Shown: positions 39,165 through 49,964 of the stretch, in pieces
Layout of the letters: the number at the start of each line of letters is the position of its first letter
Position numbering within the stretch: the first letter of the stretch is position 1
Assembly: GCA_963696405.1 (NCBI GenBank)
Contig: CAVOJY010000003.1
Coordinates: forward strand, 194,407-258,406
From: an uncultured Chloroflexia bacterium
GTDB taxonomy: Bacteria; Chloroflexota; Limnocylindria; Limnocylindrales; CSP1-4
DNA length: 64,000 nt
Direction of reading: 5' to 3'
The notes under the pieces: model-generated
Seen by the model: only the letters and a program-made list of their open reading frames with translations
The model's database searches: none
Told to the model about the DNA's origin: nothing
Translations under genes and position numbers: made by a program

Positions 39165-40364
39165 GTGGGGATCTCGGCGGATGACGGCCTTCGGGGACGC
39201 GGCCGGGCGCTGGTGGTTTCGCCGGTCGCACCGGCGGCGTTCACCTACTTCGTCTACTTCACGGCCGTGGGTGCGGCGTGGCCGTACCTCCCGGTCTACT
39301 ACCAGACGCTGGGTTTCGACCTCGCCACAATCGGCGGGCTGACGGCGCTTGCGGCGGCGACCCAACTGGTGTCGGCGCCCATCTGGGGGGCGCTGAACGA
39401 CCGTTTCGCGGCCGGGCGGTTCGTCCTCTTCGTCGCGCCGGCGCTGGCAGCCGCCGCCGCGCTCGCGCTGGCGTGGGCGCAGATACTGCCCGCGGTCGCG
39501 GCGAGCCTGATCGCGCTCTACGCCGGGCTTGCGGGCATTGCGCCAATGCTCGATGCCCGGACGCTCAGCATCCTGGGTGCCGACCGGATGCGATACGGAC
39601 GCGTGCGAGCTTGGGGGTCCGTCTCGTTCGTCCTTGCCGCCTGGCTCGTCGGCATCCTCATCGACCAGACGAGCCCAGCCGGCCTCTTCTATGTCTACGT
39701 CCCGGCCCTGGTGGTGACGGCGCTGGCGACGCTCGCCATCCAGCCGCGGACGCTCGTCCGCTCGGCGAGCATGTTCCGCGGCGGCGTCACGCTTCTCCGG
39801 CAGCGGGATCTCGCGGCATTCCTGCTCGCAGCGCTGCTCGTCTGGACGGCGGTCGCCGCGGCAAACGCGTTCTACTCGCTCTACGTCGTTTCAGTTGGGG
39901 GTTCAGCTGAGGCGGTCGGGCTGTCGTGGGCGCTGGGGTCGGCCGTCGGGGTGCCAATCATGTGGGCGCTGCCGGCGCTGGCGGGACGGTTCGGCGCGGG
40001 CCGTCTCCTCGTGGCCGGGGCCGCGGTCTTCGCCCTCCGGGCCGCCCTGGCGGCGCTCTTCGCCACGCCAGAGGCGCTGGTGGCCATCGCGGTGGCCGAG
40101 GGGATCGCCTTCGGCCTCTTCTTCACCCTCGGGGTCACGTACGTCGCGCGCCACGCGCCGCCGAAGCTGGCCGCCACCGCCCAGGGCCTCTACAGCGCCA
40201 TGATCGGGCTCGCGGCAGTGCTCGGTTCGACCGCCGGAGGGATCGTTGCCGGAGCGGCGTCACTTCGAGGGCTGTTCGCCGTGTGCGCCGTCGGCAGCGC
40301 CCTCGCGAGCGTGGCGGTCTGGTACGCGGTGCGGGGCGACGCCAAGGCCGAATTGCGGACTTGA
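39165..40364 (+). CDS. MFS transporter (LacY/HcaT-like)
   Basis: About 12 hydrophobic segments. FTYFVYFTAVGAAWPYLPVYYQTLGF...WGALNDRF is typical of this MFS subgroup. Confidence 0.7.
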   Translation: MGISADDGLRGRGRALVVSPVAPAAFTYFVYFTAVGAAWPYLPVYYQTLGFDLATIGGLTALAAATQLVSAPIWGALNDRFAAGRFVLFVAPALAAAAALALAWAQILPAVAASLIALYAGLAGIAPMLDARTLSILGADRMRYGRVRAWGSVSFVLAAWLVGILIDQTSPAGLFYVYVPALVVTALATLAIQPRTLVRSASMFRGGVTLLRQRDLAAFLLAALLVWTAVAAANAFYSLYVVSVGGSAEAVGLSWALGSAVGVPIMWALPALAGRFGAGRLLVAGAAVFALRAALAALFATPEALVAIAVAEGIAFGLFFTLGVTYVARHAPPKLAATAQGLYSAMIGLAAVLGSTAGGIVAGAASLRGLFAVCAVGSALASVAVWYAVRGDAKAELRT

Positions 40365-40396
40365 GCCGGGGTGGGGCCTGGTACCGCCGGGCCCGG

Positions 40397-40938
40397 CTAC
40401 CCCTCGCCGAGGATCCCGTAGAGCTTCCGACGAGCCTCCTGGACGACATCGAGCGCCCGCGCCTGCTGGTCGGGTGTACCGGCCTCGGACACCTGGCGGG
40501 CAGCCATGAGGGTGCCGAGGGCAGCGCTCCAGAGATCCTGCACCGGTCGGTCGCCTTCGACCGCTTCCCACGGAGGGCGCCACCCACCGTGCTCGCCGCG
40601 CGATTCGACCTCGGTGCGGCCGGCATCGGTGATCGAGTAGACGCGCTTGCCGTCGACGTCCTCGCTCCGGACGAGTCCCTCGTCCTCGAGCAACTGCAGG
40701 GTGGGGTAGACGGAACCCGGGCTTGGGCGCCAGCGCCCGCCGCTCCGGCCTTCGAGCTCGCGCATGACCTCATAGCCGTGCCGTGGACCCTCCGCGAGGA
40801 CCGAGAGCATGGCCAGCCGGATGTCCCCGCGGCGTGCGCGCCGACCGGGGCCCCAGGGCCGAAGGGTCCGGGAGGGAAGCCGCCGGGACCAAAGGGCGCG
40901 CCGGGGAAGGGCGGGTGGCGATGGCGTCGACCGAACAT
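40397..40938 (-). CDS. PadR family transcriptional regulator, frame broken in a C-run near 40856
   Basis: AGGAGA RBS with ATG at 40938 gives MFGRRHRHPPFPGAPFGPGGFPPGPFG. It continues in the next frame as PWGPGRRARRGDIRLAMLSVLAEGPRHGYEVMRELE...SVYPTLQLLEDEGLV. Confidence 0.7.
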
Positions 40939-41172
40939 GGGTGTTCTCCTGTGTCTGCCGACCGTGTGCCGGCATGCTAGTTCGTGTTGCATCGCGACAT
41001 ATCGTAACAGGTCGACGCGATGTGTCAAGCGAACCTGTCGGGGCGGCGCGCGAGTGGCGTATCATCGTTCACCGGTCGACCGTTAACAGCGCGAGGCGTC
41101 CAGGGTCGCGACGAGCCCCGGGGACGCGATCACCAGCGAGGACGCCGGCGTAGCCGGAAGGGAGCGAGTCAC

Positions 41173-42488
41173 ATGAGGTCGATGGCGACGTCGAACGAGT
41201 ACGCGCGAGCGGGCCCTCGAGCTGATGCCCGGTCCCCACAGCAACCTGCCCGGCTACGAGCTGTTCAAGCCGATCTGGATCACCCGGGGGGAGGGCGCCC
41301 ACCTCTGGGACGCCGACGGCAACGAGTACTTCGACTACATGTGCGGCCTCGGTGCGGGCACCATGGGCTACGGCAACAAGATCGTCCTCGACGCGGTGGC
41401 CGAGCAGCTCTACCGCCTGCCCTACCTCGACGCCGCGCGGCGGCACCCCGAGGAGATCGCCCTCGCCGAGAAGATCATCAAGCACCTCCCCGCGGCCGAG
41501 AAGGTGCGCTTCCTCCTCTCGGGGACCGAGGCCTGCCAGCTCGTGCTCCGCCTGGCGCGGGCCTACACCGGGCGCAACCTCTTCATCCGCTTCGACGGCC
41601 ACTACCACGGCTGGCTGGACAACATCTTCGGGGGCGGGGTGGATCCCGAGCCCGCAGGGCCCTCCCTACGCCCTCTACCGCCCCGACGACCTCTTCAACT
41701 CGAAGGGCCGCGACGCGGGGTCGGAGAAGCAGTCCTTCAAGCTGCCCTGGAACGACATCGCGGTGCTCGAGCGGACGCTCGAGAAGTACGGCGAGCAGGT
41801 GGCCCTCATCATCATGGAGGGCATCAACGCCAACGGCGGCTCCTGCTACCCGAAGCCGGGGTACCTCGAGCGGGTGCGCGAGCTCTGCGACCGGTACGGC
41901 ATCGTCTTGTGCATCGACGAGATCATCACCGGCTTCCGGGTGGGCCTCTCGGGGGCCCAGGGCCTCCTGGGGGTGACGCCCGACCTCACCACCCTGGGCA
42001 AGGGCGTGGCCGGCGGGGTGCCCATCTCGGTGGTGGCCGGCAAGGCGAAGATCATGGACCTCTGCGCCGACCGCACGGTGGTGGGCGCGGGCACCTTCAA
42101 CGGCTACCCCCTGGGGGTGGCCGCGGCCCTCGCCACCATCTCCTACGTGGAGCGCGACGACGGGGTCTTCTTCAGGAACATGCAGGCAGTCCAGGCGCGC
42201 CTGGTGGCCGGTCTGCGGGAGGTCGCCGCGCGGCGCGGCCAGCGCATGCTCATCCAGGACTGCCCGGGGGTCATCATGTTCTACCCGGCCGACCTCGACC
42301 GGGCCTGGACCATCGGGGAGTGGTACACCGTCGCCGACCACGCCAGGGGCGAGCGCATCCGCCAGGCCCTCTTCGACAAGGGCGTGCTCACCCTCTTCCG
42401 GGGCCGCTGGTTCTTCTCCGGGGCCCACACCAACGAGGACGTCGACCGCACGCTCCAGATCGTGGACGACTGCCTGAAGGAGCTGTAG
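41173..42488 (+). CDS. class III PLP-dependent aminotransferase, two frame breaks (about 41205 and 41655)
   Basis: Three consecutive frames give SNEYA / RALELMPGPHSNL...DGHYHGWLDNIFGGGVDPEP / PYALYRPDD...IDEIITGFRVG...TTLGKGVAGG... Confidence 0.75.
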
Positions 42489-42519
42489 GGGCAGGGGCGG
42501 GGGAGGGACTGGCGGGGTC

Positions 42520-42752
42520 GCGGCGCGGTGCCTGCGGTTCCCGTCGTATGCGAATCCCCGTGGCGTTCGCCGCCCCGGCGATGGTCGCCGGCCGCCTCGG
42601 GGGCCGAAGGTCCTGCCTCATCGTCCCGACTCACGCTTGGGCCGGGACATCGCGCGTCGACCGTCGGGAGCCGGCGGTTCCCATGCCCGGTCGTTCCCGG
42701 CCACGGCCACCGGGGTTTTCGTACGCCCGGGTCGGTCTCCGGTCGCCGGGCA
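42520..42752 (+). repeat. copy B of the ~240-nt structured intergenic repeat
   Basis: Collinear with 13150-13390. Local hairpin GTCCCG(42623)...CGGGAC(42648). Long-range helix 42545-42564 with 42706-42725. Confidence 0.6.
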
Positions 42753-42859
42753 AGCCGCCGGCGCCGCGGGTACGGCGTCGGGCGTACGCAGCCGCGTCTA
42801 CGGGGTACCGCATCCGTGGTTGAATCGGGCCCCGCACCCACGCATCCACAGGAGGTCGC

Positions 42860-43603
42860 ATGACATCGACGCTCGTGCTCCTGCGCCACGGCGAGAGCAC
42901 CTGGAACAAGGAGAACCTCTTCACCGGCTGGACCGACGTTCCGTTGTCCGAGCTGGGGATCGAAGAGGCGCACCGCGCCGGCAAGCTTCTCCTCGACGAG
43001 GGCATCCTCCCCACGATCGCCCAAACGTCGGTGCTCTACCGGGCGATCCAGACGCTCGAGATCACGCTCGCCGACATGGACCGCAGCTGGATCCCGGTTC
43101 GCCGCCACTGGCGCCTGAACGAGCGGCACTACGGCGCGCTCCAGGGGCTGAACAAGAAGGAGATGTCGGAGCGCTACGGGAAGGAGCAAGTGCACGCCTG
43201 GCGCCGCAGCTATGACGTGCCGCCGCCGGTGCTCGAGTGGGACGACAAGCGCCACCCGCGGTTCGATCCACGGTACGCGGACCTCTCGCCGGACGTGCTC
43301 CCCGGCAGCGAGTGCCTCAAGGACGTCGTGGCCCGGATGCTGCCGTACTGGTACGACGGGATCATTCCCGATCTCCGTGCCGGGCATGTTGTGATCGTCG
43401 CCGCGCACGGCAACAGCCTCCGTGCCCTGGTGAAGCACTTTGACCACATCTCCGACGAGGAGATCCCCGAGCTGAACATCCCGACCGGCATTCCGCTCAT
43501 CTACGAGCTGGACGCGGCGATGCACAAGGTTTCATCACGCTACCTGGGTGACGCGGACGCGGCCAAGGCGGCCGCTGAGGCAGTTGCCAGGCAGGCCGGG
43601 TAG
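42860..43603 (+). CDS. gpmA: 2,3-bisphosphoglycerate-dependent phosphoglycerate mutase
   Basis: [31 protein letters not shown] and [10 protein letters not shown]. Confidence 0.9.
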   Translation: MTSTLVLLRHGESTWNKENLFTGWTDVPLSELGIEEAHRAGKLLLDEGILPTIAQTSVLYRAIQTLEITLADMDRSWIPVRRHWRLNERHYGALQGLNKKEMSERYGKEQVHAWRRSYDVPPPVLEWDDKRHPRFDPRYADLSPDVLPGSECLKDVVARMLPYWYDGIIPDLRAGHVVIVAAHGNSLRALVKHFDHISDEEIPELNIPTGIPLIYELDAAMHKVSSRYLGDADAAKAAAEAVARQAG

Positions 43604-43682
43604 CGGGGCCGGCGGTTTGGCCCTGGGGGAGCCGCCAATGTCAGCGAATTCCCGCCTGGCCGCGGGCCCCTGCCGGTAATGG

Positions 43683-43888
43683 TTGACACGTGTGGTAGTG
43701 GACCCTGTATAGTTCGCCGCAGCAATGCATACGTACGCAGCCGCCTTCTTGAAGTCGAAGCTCCAGCGGCCCTGCCGGGAGGCACGGGCCTAGGGGCTTC
43801 ACGGGCGCGTACGACGACCGAGGGGCCTCCAGGCACGGAGGTCCCCGGGGCCGCGGACACCACGCACGAGCGGTGACCGCGGCCTTTT
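43683..43888 (+). promoter_or_regulatory. structured leader upstream of dapB: promoter, 22-codon uORF, hairpins, terminator
   Basis: TTGACA (43683-43688) and TATAGT (43708-43713, 19-nt spacer). uORF 43725-43793 encodes MHTYAAAFLKSKLQRPCREARA. Hairpin GGCCC-TGCC-GGGA-GGCA-c-GGGCC. Terminator at the 3' end. Confidence 0.5.
43849..43888 (+). terminator. intrinsic terminator-like hairpin
   Basis: GGCCGCGG-a-CACC...GGTG-a-CCGCGGCC followed by TTTTCGATT. Lies 55 nt before the dapB ATG. Confidence 0.6.
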
Positions 43889-43942
43889 CGATTCGGTGGA
43901 CCTTCGGGCGGGCGGCCCCTCCAGCAGGCGAGGGACCCGACC

Positions 43943-44761
43943 ATGCAGGCAATCATCCTGGGCGACGGAGCGATGGGCACGGCCATCGCGGCCGCACTGC
44001 GCGCGCGGGGCGAGACCGTTCTCGGGGTTCACGGACGGCCGAAGGCCGGTGGGGCCCACGCGCTCGGGAGCCTGGGCGAGCGCCCGACGGCGTTCCCAGG
44101 CGCCGATGACGGCACCGGTGCGAACGCCGCCGCCTCGCTGGTGGCGTTCGACTTCTCGGCCGGCGACGGCGTGGCCGCCAACGTGGATGCCGTGCTTGCC
44201 GCGGGCTGCCGGCGGTTCATCATCGGCACGACCGCCTGGGAGGGCCAGCGGGATGCCGTCGACCGCGCCTTGCTGGAGAGCGGAGCCGCGGGTGTCGCCT
44301 CGGCCAGCTTCAGCCTGGGCGTGGCCCTCTTCGCCCGTCTCGTGGAGGAGGCCGGGCGCCTCTTCTCGCCGTTCACCGAGTACGACCCCTTCATCGTCGA
44401 GTGGCACCGGCGGACCAAGCCGGATCGCCCCTCGGGAACCGCGAAGGAGCTTTCGCGCCGCCTGATCGCGGCGCACGGCAGGAAGCGCCGGGCGACCGGC
44501 CCGGGCCAGACCGCTCCCCCGGATCACGACGAACTCGAAGTCGTCGCCATCCGGGCAGGAGCGTCCCCCGGGATGCACCTCGTCGGGTTCGATGCGCCCG
44601 GCGAGACGGTCGAGTTGCGCCTGACGGCGCGCGACCGGTCCGCCTACGTGGCGGGCGCGCTCGCCTCGGCCGGCTGGCTGCTGATGACACCCCGGCCGGC
44701 GGGCCTCCACCCGTTCGAATCGGTGGTGAGCGACCTGATCTCGGCGACCGCCTCCAATTGA
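43943..44761 (+). CDS. dapB: 4-hydroxy-tetrahydrodipicolinate reductase
   Basis: EWHRRTKPDRPSGTAKEL (E-x-HH/R-x-K-x-D-x-PSGTA motif) and an N-terminal GDGAMG Rossmann motif. Confidence 0.8.
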   Translation: MQAIILGDGAMGTAIAAALRARGETVLGVHGRPKAGGAHALGSLGERPTAFPGADDGTGANAAASLVAFDFSAGDGVAANVDAVLAAGCRRFIIGTTAWEGQRDAVDRALLESGAAGVASASFSLGVALFARLVEEAGRLFSPFTEYDPFIVEWHRRTKPDRPSGTAKELSRRLIAAHGRKRRATGPGQTAPPDHDELEVVAIRAGASPGMHLVGFDAPGETVELRLTARDRSAYVAGALASAGWLLMTPRPAGLHPFESVVSDLISATASN

Positions 44762-44856
44762 CAACTGCCTCCAACTGAAGGAGCCACTTCGATGACAACC
44801 CAACCGCTCTTCGGAGCAAGTCCGCTCGGACTCCGAGAGACCACCGGGGTCCGACA

Positions 44857-45886
44857 GTGCGACCGACGCGTGCGGATGCGACCACGACGGCCGCGCGACC
44901 CCGGCTTCGCGGCGCGTTCACCGCCCTCGTCACCCCATTCGCGGCCGACGGATCGCTCGACGAGACTGCTCTGCGGCGGTTCGTCGCCTGGCAGGTCCGG
45001 TCCGGGATCGATGGCGTCGTGCCCTGCGGCACCACCGGCGAGTCGCCCACGCTTACGCTCGCCGAGCGCGAGCGGGTGATCGCGATCGCGGTCGAGATCG
45101 CTTCGTGCCGCCGACCCGGCCGGCCGTGCGCCACGGTCCTGGCCGGGACCGGGACGAACGACACCGCCGCGACCGTCCGGGCGACCCGACGGGCCGCCAG
45201 GCTCGGCGCCGACGCCGCGCTCGTGGTCGCTCCCTACTACAACCGCCCCGACCAGCGCATGCTCGAGGCGCACTACCGGGCCGTGGCCGACGAGGGCGGC
45301 CTTCCGATCGTCGTCTACAACGTGCCGTCGCGCACCGGGACGAACGTCGAGGCCGGCACGCTGCTTCGCCTCGCCGAGCACCCCATGATCGCCGGGGTGA
45401 AGGAGGCGTCCGGGAACCTCGATCAGATCGCCACCATCCTGCGCGACCGTCCTCCGGGGTTCTCCGTCCTTGCAGGGGACGACGCCTGGACGCTCGCGGT
45501 CCTGGCCATGGGCGGGGACGGCGTGGTCAGCGTCGCCTCGAACGAGATCCCGTCCGAGATGGCTGCCCTGTGCGGGGCGGCTCGGGCCGGCAACTGGGAG
45601 CGCGCCCGGTTCATTCACTCGCGCTGGTTGCCGCTCTTCCGGGCCAACTTCCAGGGCGGCCCGAACCCCGTCCCGGTCAAGGCAGCACTCGAGCTGATGG
45701 GCCTTGCCCCCGGTCACCTGCGCCAGCCGCTCCTGCCGCTCGATGATCCCGCTCACGCGCGCCTTGCCGAACTCCTCCGCTCGAGCCGGGCTGGTGACCG
45801 ATCCGGCATTGCGACCCGGCTGGGCGGTGGCCCGGAGCGCCGTGGACGTCGCGGCCCTGCTGGCCACGGAGGGGGTGCCGGCATGA
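44857..45886 (+). CDS. dapA: 4-hydroxy-tetrahydrodipicolinate synthase, probable frame break near 45780
   Basis: ALVTPF, GTTGESPTLT, YNVPSRTG and GVKEASGN motifs. The tail becomes Arg-rich in frame. The +1 frame ends in TGA overlapping the dapD ATG (ATGA at 45883-45886). Confidence 0.8.
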
Positions 45887-46786
45887 CGGTGCCGGTTACG
45901 GAGCGGTCGCCCGGGCCGGGACCGGGGGCGGCACAGGCGGCGACGGCGGTGCAGGCGGTACCGGTTGCACCGGCCGGACACGGGTGGCCGATCCTTGACG
46001 CCCTGGAGTCCGGCCGGCGGCGCGCGGCCTGGCCGGACCCGACGGCGGCCGGCGGATGGCGCGTCGACCCCGACGTGCGGGCGGAGATCCTCGAGCTGTT
46101 TCGGGACCGGACGCCGGCGTCCTGGGAGATCGGGGGCCTTTTCGGCTTCCGTGACAGGGCGTCGCTGCCGTTGAAGGCGCTGGTGGGGTCGGGGCCCGGC
46201 GCAGCCGGACGAGCCGCTCCCTGCCGAGGCGGATACCTGGCGCATCGTCCCCGGGGGCACGAGCGTGCGCTCGGGCGTCTACCTCGGCCGGGACGTCACG
46301 ATCCTGCCGCCATCGTTCGTGAACGTCGGGGCGTGGATCGGCGAGCGGACGATGGTGGACTCGCACGTGCTCGTCGGCTCGTGCGCGCAGGTGGGCACGG
46401 GGGTTCACCTCTCCGCCGGCGTCCAGATCGGCGGCGTGCTGGAACCGGAAAACGCGCGCCCGGTGATCGTCGAGGACGACGCGTTCGTCGGGGCCCAGTG
46501 CGGGCTCTTCGACGGCGTGCTCGTGCGGCGGCGCGCCGTCCTCGCGGCCGGGGTGGTCCTGACCGGCACCGGCCGCCTCTACGATTGTGTGCGAGGCGAG
46601 GTTCTCGAGGGCTCGGCCGGAGCCCCCCTCGAGGTGCCCGAGGAGGCGGTCGTCATCCCCGGGTCGCGGCGGCTCCCCGGGGAGTTCGCCGAGGCTCACG
46701 GGCTGTCCGCCGCGACCGCGGTCATCGTCAAGTACCGCGATGCCCGGACGGACGCCCGGGTGGCGCTCGAACAGGCGCTGCGATGA
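45883..46786 (+). CDS. dapD: tetrahydrodipicolinate N-succinyltransferase, frame break near 46205
   Basis: The N-terminal part lies in one frame. The C-terminal part RIVPGGTSVRSGVYLGRDVTILPPSFVNVGAWIGERTMVDSH... (hexapeptide repeats) lies in the next frame. Confidence 0.75.
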
Positions 46787-48139
46787 CGCTCACTGCCCCG
46801 CGGACCGCCCGGCCGCCCGACGCACCGCGGCGCGGCCGCCCGCCGGGACGCGATGAGATCTGGCGGGCGGGCCGCCTCGCCGGGATCGAACCGGCGGTGC
46901 TGGCCGAGCAGTACGGGACCCCGCTCTACGTCTACGACCTGGACGTGGTGACCCGGGCGCTCGCAGGCCCTGCGCCACGCCCTTCCGGAGCGGTTCGACA
47001 TCGCCTACGCGGTGAAGGCCAACCCGGCGCTGGCCGTGGTCGGGCATCTCGCCCGGCTCGGGACCGGAGCGGACGTCTCGTCGGCAGGGGAGCTGGCGGC
47101 AGCGGTGCGGGCAGGCGTGCCCGGAGACCGCATCGTGGCGACCGGCCCGGGCAAGGCCGACGGCTTCCTCCGGTCCGCGGTTCGGGCGGGGCTCCGAGCG
47201 GTCAGCGTGGAGTCTCCGGGCGAACTGGACAGGCTCGAGAGGATCGCGGCAGAGGAGGGACGGCGCGTGCCGGTCCTCCTGCGGCTGGCTTCCACCGACC
47301 CGATGTCCCGCGCCTCCGGACCGGACGCAGGGATCCTCAAGTTCGGCATGGCGAGGGGCGACGCCGCGGCCGCTGCCGCGAAAGCGGCGAGATCGCCCTG
47401 GCTGCACCTGCGAGGGGTGCACTGCTTCGGGGCCACGAACGTGCTCGACGCCGCGCGCCTGGCCGACCACGTGGCCGCGACCGTGGGCGCGGCGCTCGAC
47501 GTCACCGCCGCGGCCGGGGTCCGGCTCGAGCTGGTTGACGTGGGGGGCGGCCTTGGGGTGCCGTACGAGCCGCACGAGTCGACGCTGGACCTGGCGGACT
47601 ACGGCCGCCGGCTGCGCACGCTGGATGCCGCCTGGAGCGCAGACCCGGCGCTCGCGTCGATGCGGGTCCTCGTCGAACCCGGGCGCTTCCTGGTCGGCCC
47701 CGCGGGCGCCTACCTCTCCCGGGTGACCGACGTGAAGACGCTCGGCGGGCGGGTGGTCGCAATCCTCGACGGCGGGATCCACCAGTTCCTCCGGCCTGCC
47801 CTCGTCGGCCAGGAGCATCGGCTGCGACTGGCAGGCGCCGCGGGTCCGGACGGAAGACGGAACGGGGGCGCCGCCCAACCGGTGCCGGTCGCCATCGCAG
47901 GACCGCTCTGCACCGGGCTCGATGTCTTCAGCGCCCATGCGGTCCTGCCGATGCCCCGAGCGGGAGATCTCGTGGCCGCCCTCGACGCGGGCGCCTACGG
48001 GTTCACGCAGTCGATGCCCGGGTTCCTGTCGCACGGGTGGCCCGCGGAGGTCGCGGTGCAGGATGGGGAAGGGCGCCTCATCCGCCCGCGTGCCGGCCCG
48101 GACGATCTTCTCGGCACCCAGCTCGTGCCCGACTGGTAG
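46783..48139 (+). CDS. lysA: diaminopimelate decarboxylase, frame break near 46955
   Basis: YGTPLYVYDLDVV in one frame, then LPERFDIAYAVKANP (PLP-Lys)...GGGLGVPY...in the next. The ATG overlaps the dapD stop. Confidence 0.8.
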
Positions 48140-48297
48140 GACGCGGTCCGCGAAACCCGTGCCGCGGAGGTGTGGGGTGGAGGGTGGTCCGGGGTCGATC
48201 CGCGCGCTCCGGGACGGTACGGGGGGCGGAATCGTACTAGCGGCCACTACCGATCGGGCGGCTGGTGCGCCGGGGCGCCGTCTTGGTCAATGGGAGC

Positions 48298-49832
48298 ATG
48301 CACCCTGCGTCCTCGGCCCCCCGGCCCTCCGCGGTGTTCGTCCTGTTCGCCGTTGCCCTGTCTCTCGTCCTGGCCGCGCCGGGCGCCACGCGCGGCATGC
48401 GCGCTGGCCCAAGCGGGTCACCCATGGGGGGCGCCGCCGAATCGCCTGCCAGGGATGACCGCGGATCGGCGTCGGGGGCCATGCCCCAGCCCGAGATGAC
48501 GGAGGCACCCGCGCCGCTCGCGTCGAGCGTCAAGCCGATCGCGAAGCGCGTGCTCAAGGCCGGTCGCTACCAGGGGGTTCGGTTCGATTCCCGCAGACGG
48601 ATCGTCGGCACGAAGACACGCCGGATCTGGAAGTCCGCGGTCATCCCGATCGTCGACGTCAAGACCGTGGGCCGCACGCGGTACCTCCGCGTTGCATCCG
48701 GCATCTGGGGCGGCTACTGGCTCCGCGAGTCGTCGTTCCTCCCCAGCGGGGTGCGGACTGCCGGGGCCATGGCGGCACCAAGGTGGCCGGTGACGACGCG
48801 CCCGGAGCCCACCCCGACGGCAACGCCGGAAGCCTCTGCGAGCCCGGCTGCGCCGTCCTCCGCGACCCCTGCGCCAACCCCCTCGCCATCCCCGCCCGCG
48901 GCGCCCTGGGAAAGCCCGCCGGCCTCCCCGACGCCGCCGGCCTCGCCACGCCGCCGGGTCGCCTGTCTCCACGGCGGAACCGAGCCCCTCGGCGTCCGCG
49001 GTCCCGACCGCAACCCCGCCGGCAACACCGTCGCCGACGCCAACACCGTCACCAACCCCCACGCCGGGCGCGACGCCAGTCTCCACGCCGGTGCCGACGG
49101 CCACGCCCGTCGCCGGGCCGGGCGGGCTCCCGCAGACGTGGAAGATGCTGGTGCTCGTCTACCGCACCGCGGACCTCACCTACAGCGATGGCGGGGTGTC
49201 CCGGGCTTTCACCTCATCAATCACCGACAGCGAGCTGCAGGCCGCCATGAACGCAGTCGCCAACATGCCTCCCACGGTGCAGGCGTGGTCAGGCGGCGCG
49301 GCCGCGGTCTCGTACACGGTCCAGCAGGTCCCGCACCCGCTGACAACCGTCACGGTGTACGCCGGCGGCTACTGGGTGAGCCCCGACAACGTCCACGCCG
49401 ACATCGACACGTATGCGCCCGACGGGACGTACGACTCGGTCCTCGTCCTCTGGAAGAGCTGGAACGAGCGGGGCCAGACGGTGCCGGTCCCGGGCTGGGG
49501 CATGACCCTTCGCCCGGGTCCATGGGCCAACGGCGCCGGCTACACGACGGTGTACATCCCGCCGGCGACGTGGTGGTGGAACGGAGGCACCCCGTCCGAG
49601 GTGTTCGTCCACGAGTGGCTGCACCAGGTGGTCCACTTCTACCGGGCGTACGGGTATCCCACCATCCCGAGCCCGGACGACGCCGCCGGGTACGGGTACA
49701 CCGCCGACTCGTCGGGCATCTGGGGTCGCTGGCTCTCCGACCTGATGACGGGTCGGGTGGTCGACTCAGACCGGCACGAAGCTCGGCATCCCGCCCACCG
49801 TCTGGAGCCTCGGCAAGCCGACGCAGCCGTAG
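48298..49832 (+). CDS. secreted protein with P/T-rich linker and C-terminal HExxH domain, at least 2 frame breaks (about 48955 and 49772)
   Basis: GGGAG RBS. Signal FVLFAVALSLVLAAPGA and a long PT linker. C-terminal domain has EVFVHEWLHQVVHFY (HExxH). True tail GTKLGIPPTVWSLGKPTQP-stop is in another frame. Confidence 0.55.
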
Positions 49833-49964
49833 GTGCGAGCCACCGAGGCCGCCCGTGTCTCAACCTCGACGCGACCGGTCGGCCCTCTACAGTAGGAAGC
49901 GGCGCCCGCAGCGCGCCCGCAGGGCCAGGGACCTGCGGCAGGGCGGACGCCATGGAGGTGACCG

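Noticed and set aside
43714-43848. Known L-box lysine riboswitch upstream of dapB.
   Set aside because: I could not find the conserved L-box elements (AGAGGNGC, GCCGAAG, CUGUCA-type blocks), so I report it as an unclassified leader instead.
44857-47538. Single 893-aa ORF spanning dapA, dapD and the start of lysA.
   Set aside because: It is three separate genes. The dapD and lysA ATGs overlap ATGA stop codons in the +1 frame. The continuity is a by-product of frame breaks and the absence of stops.
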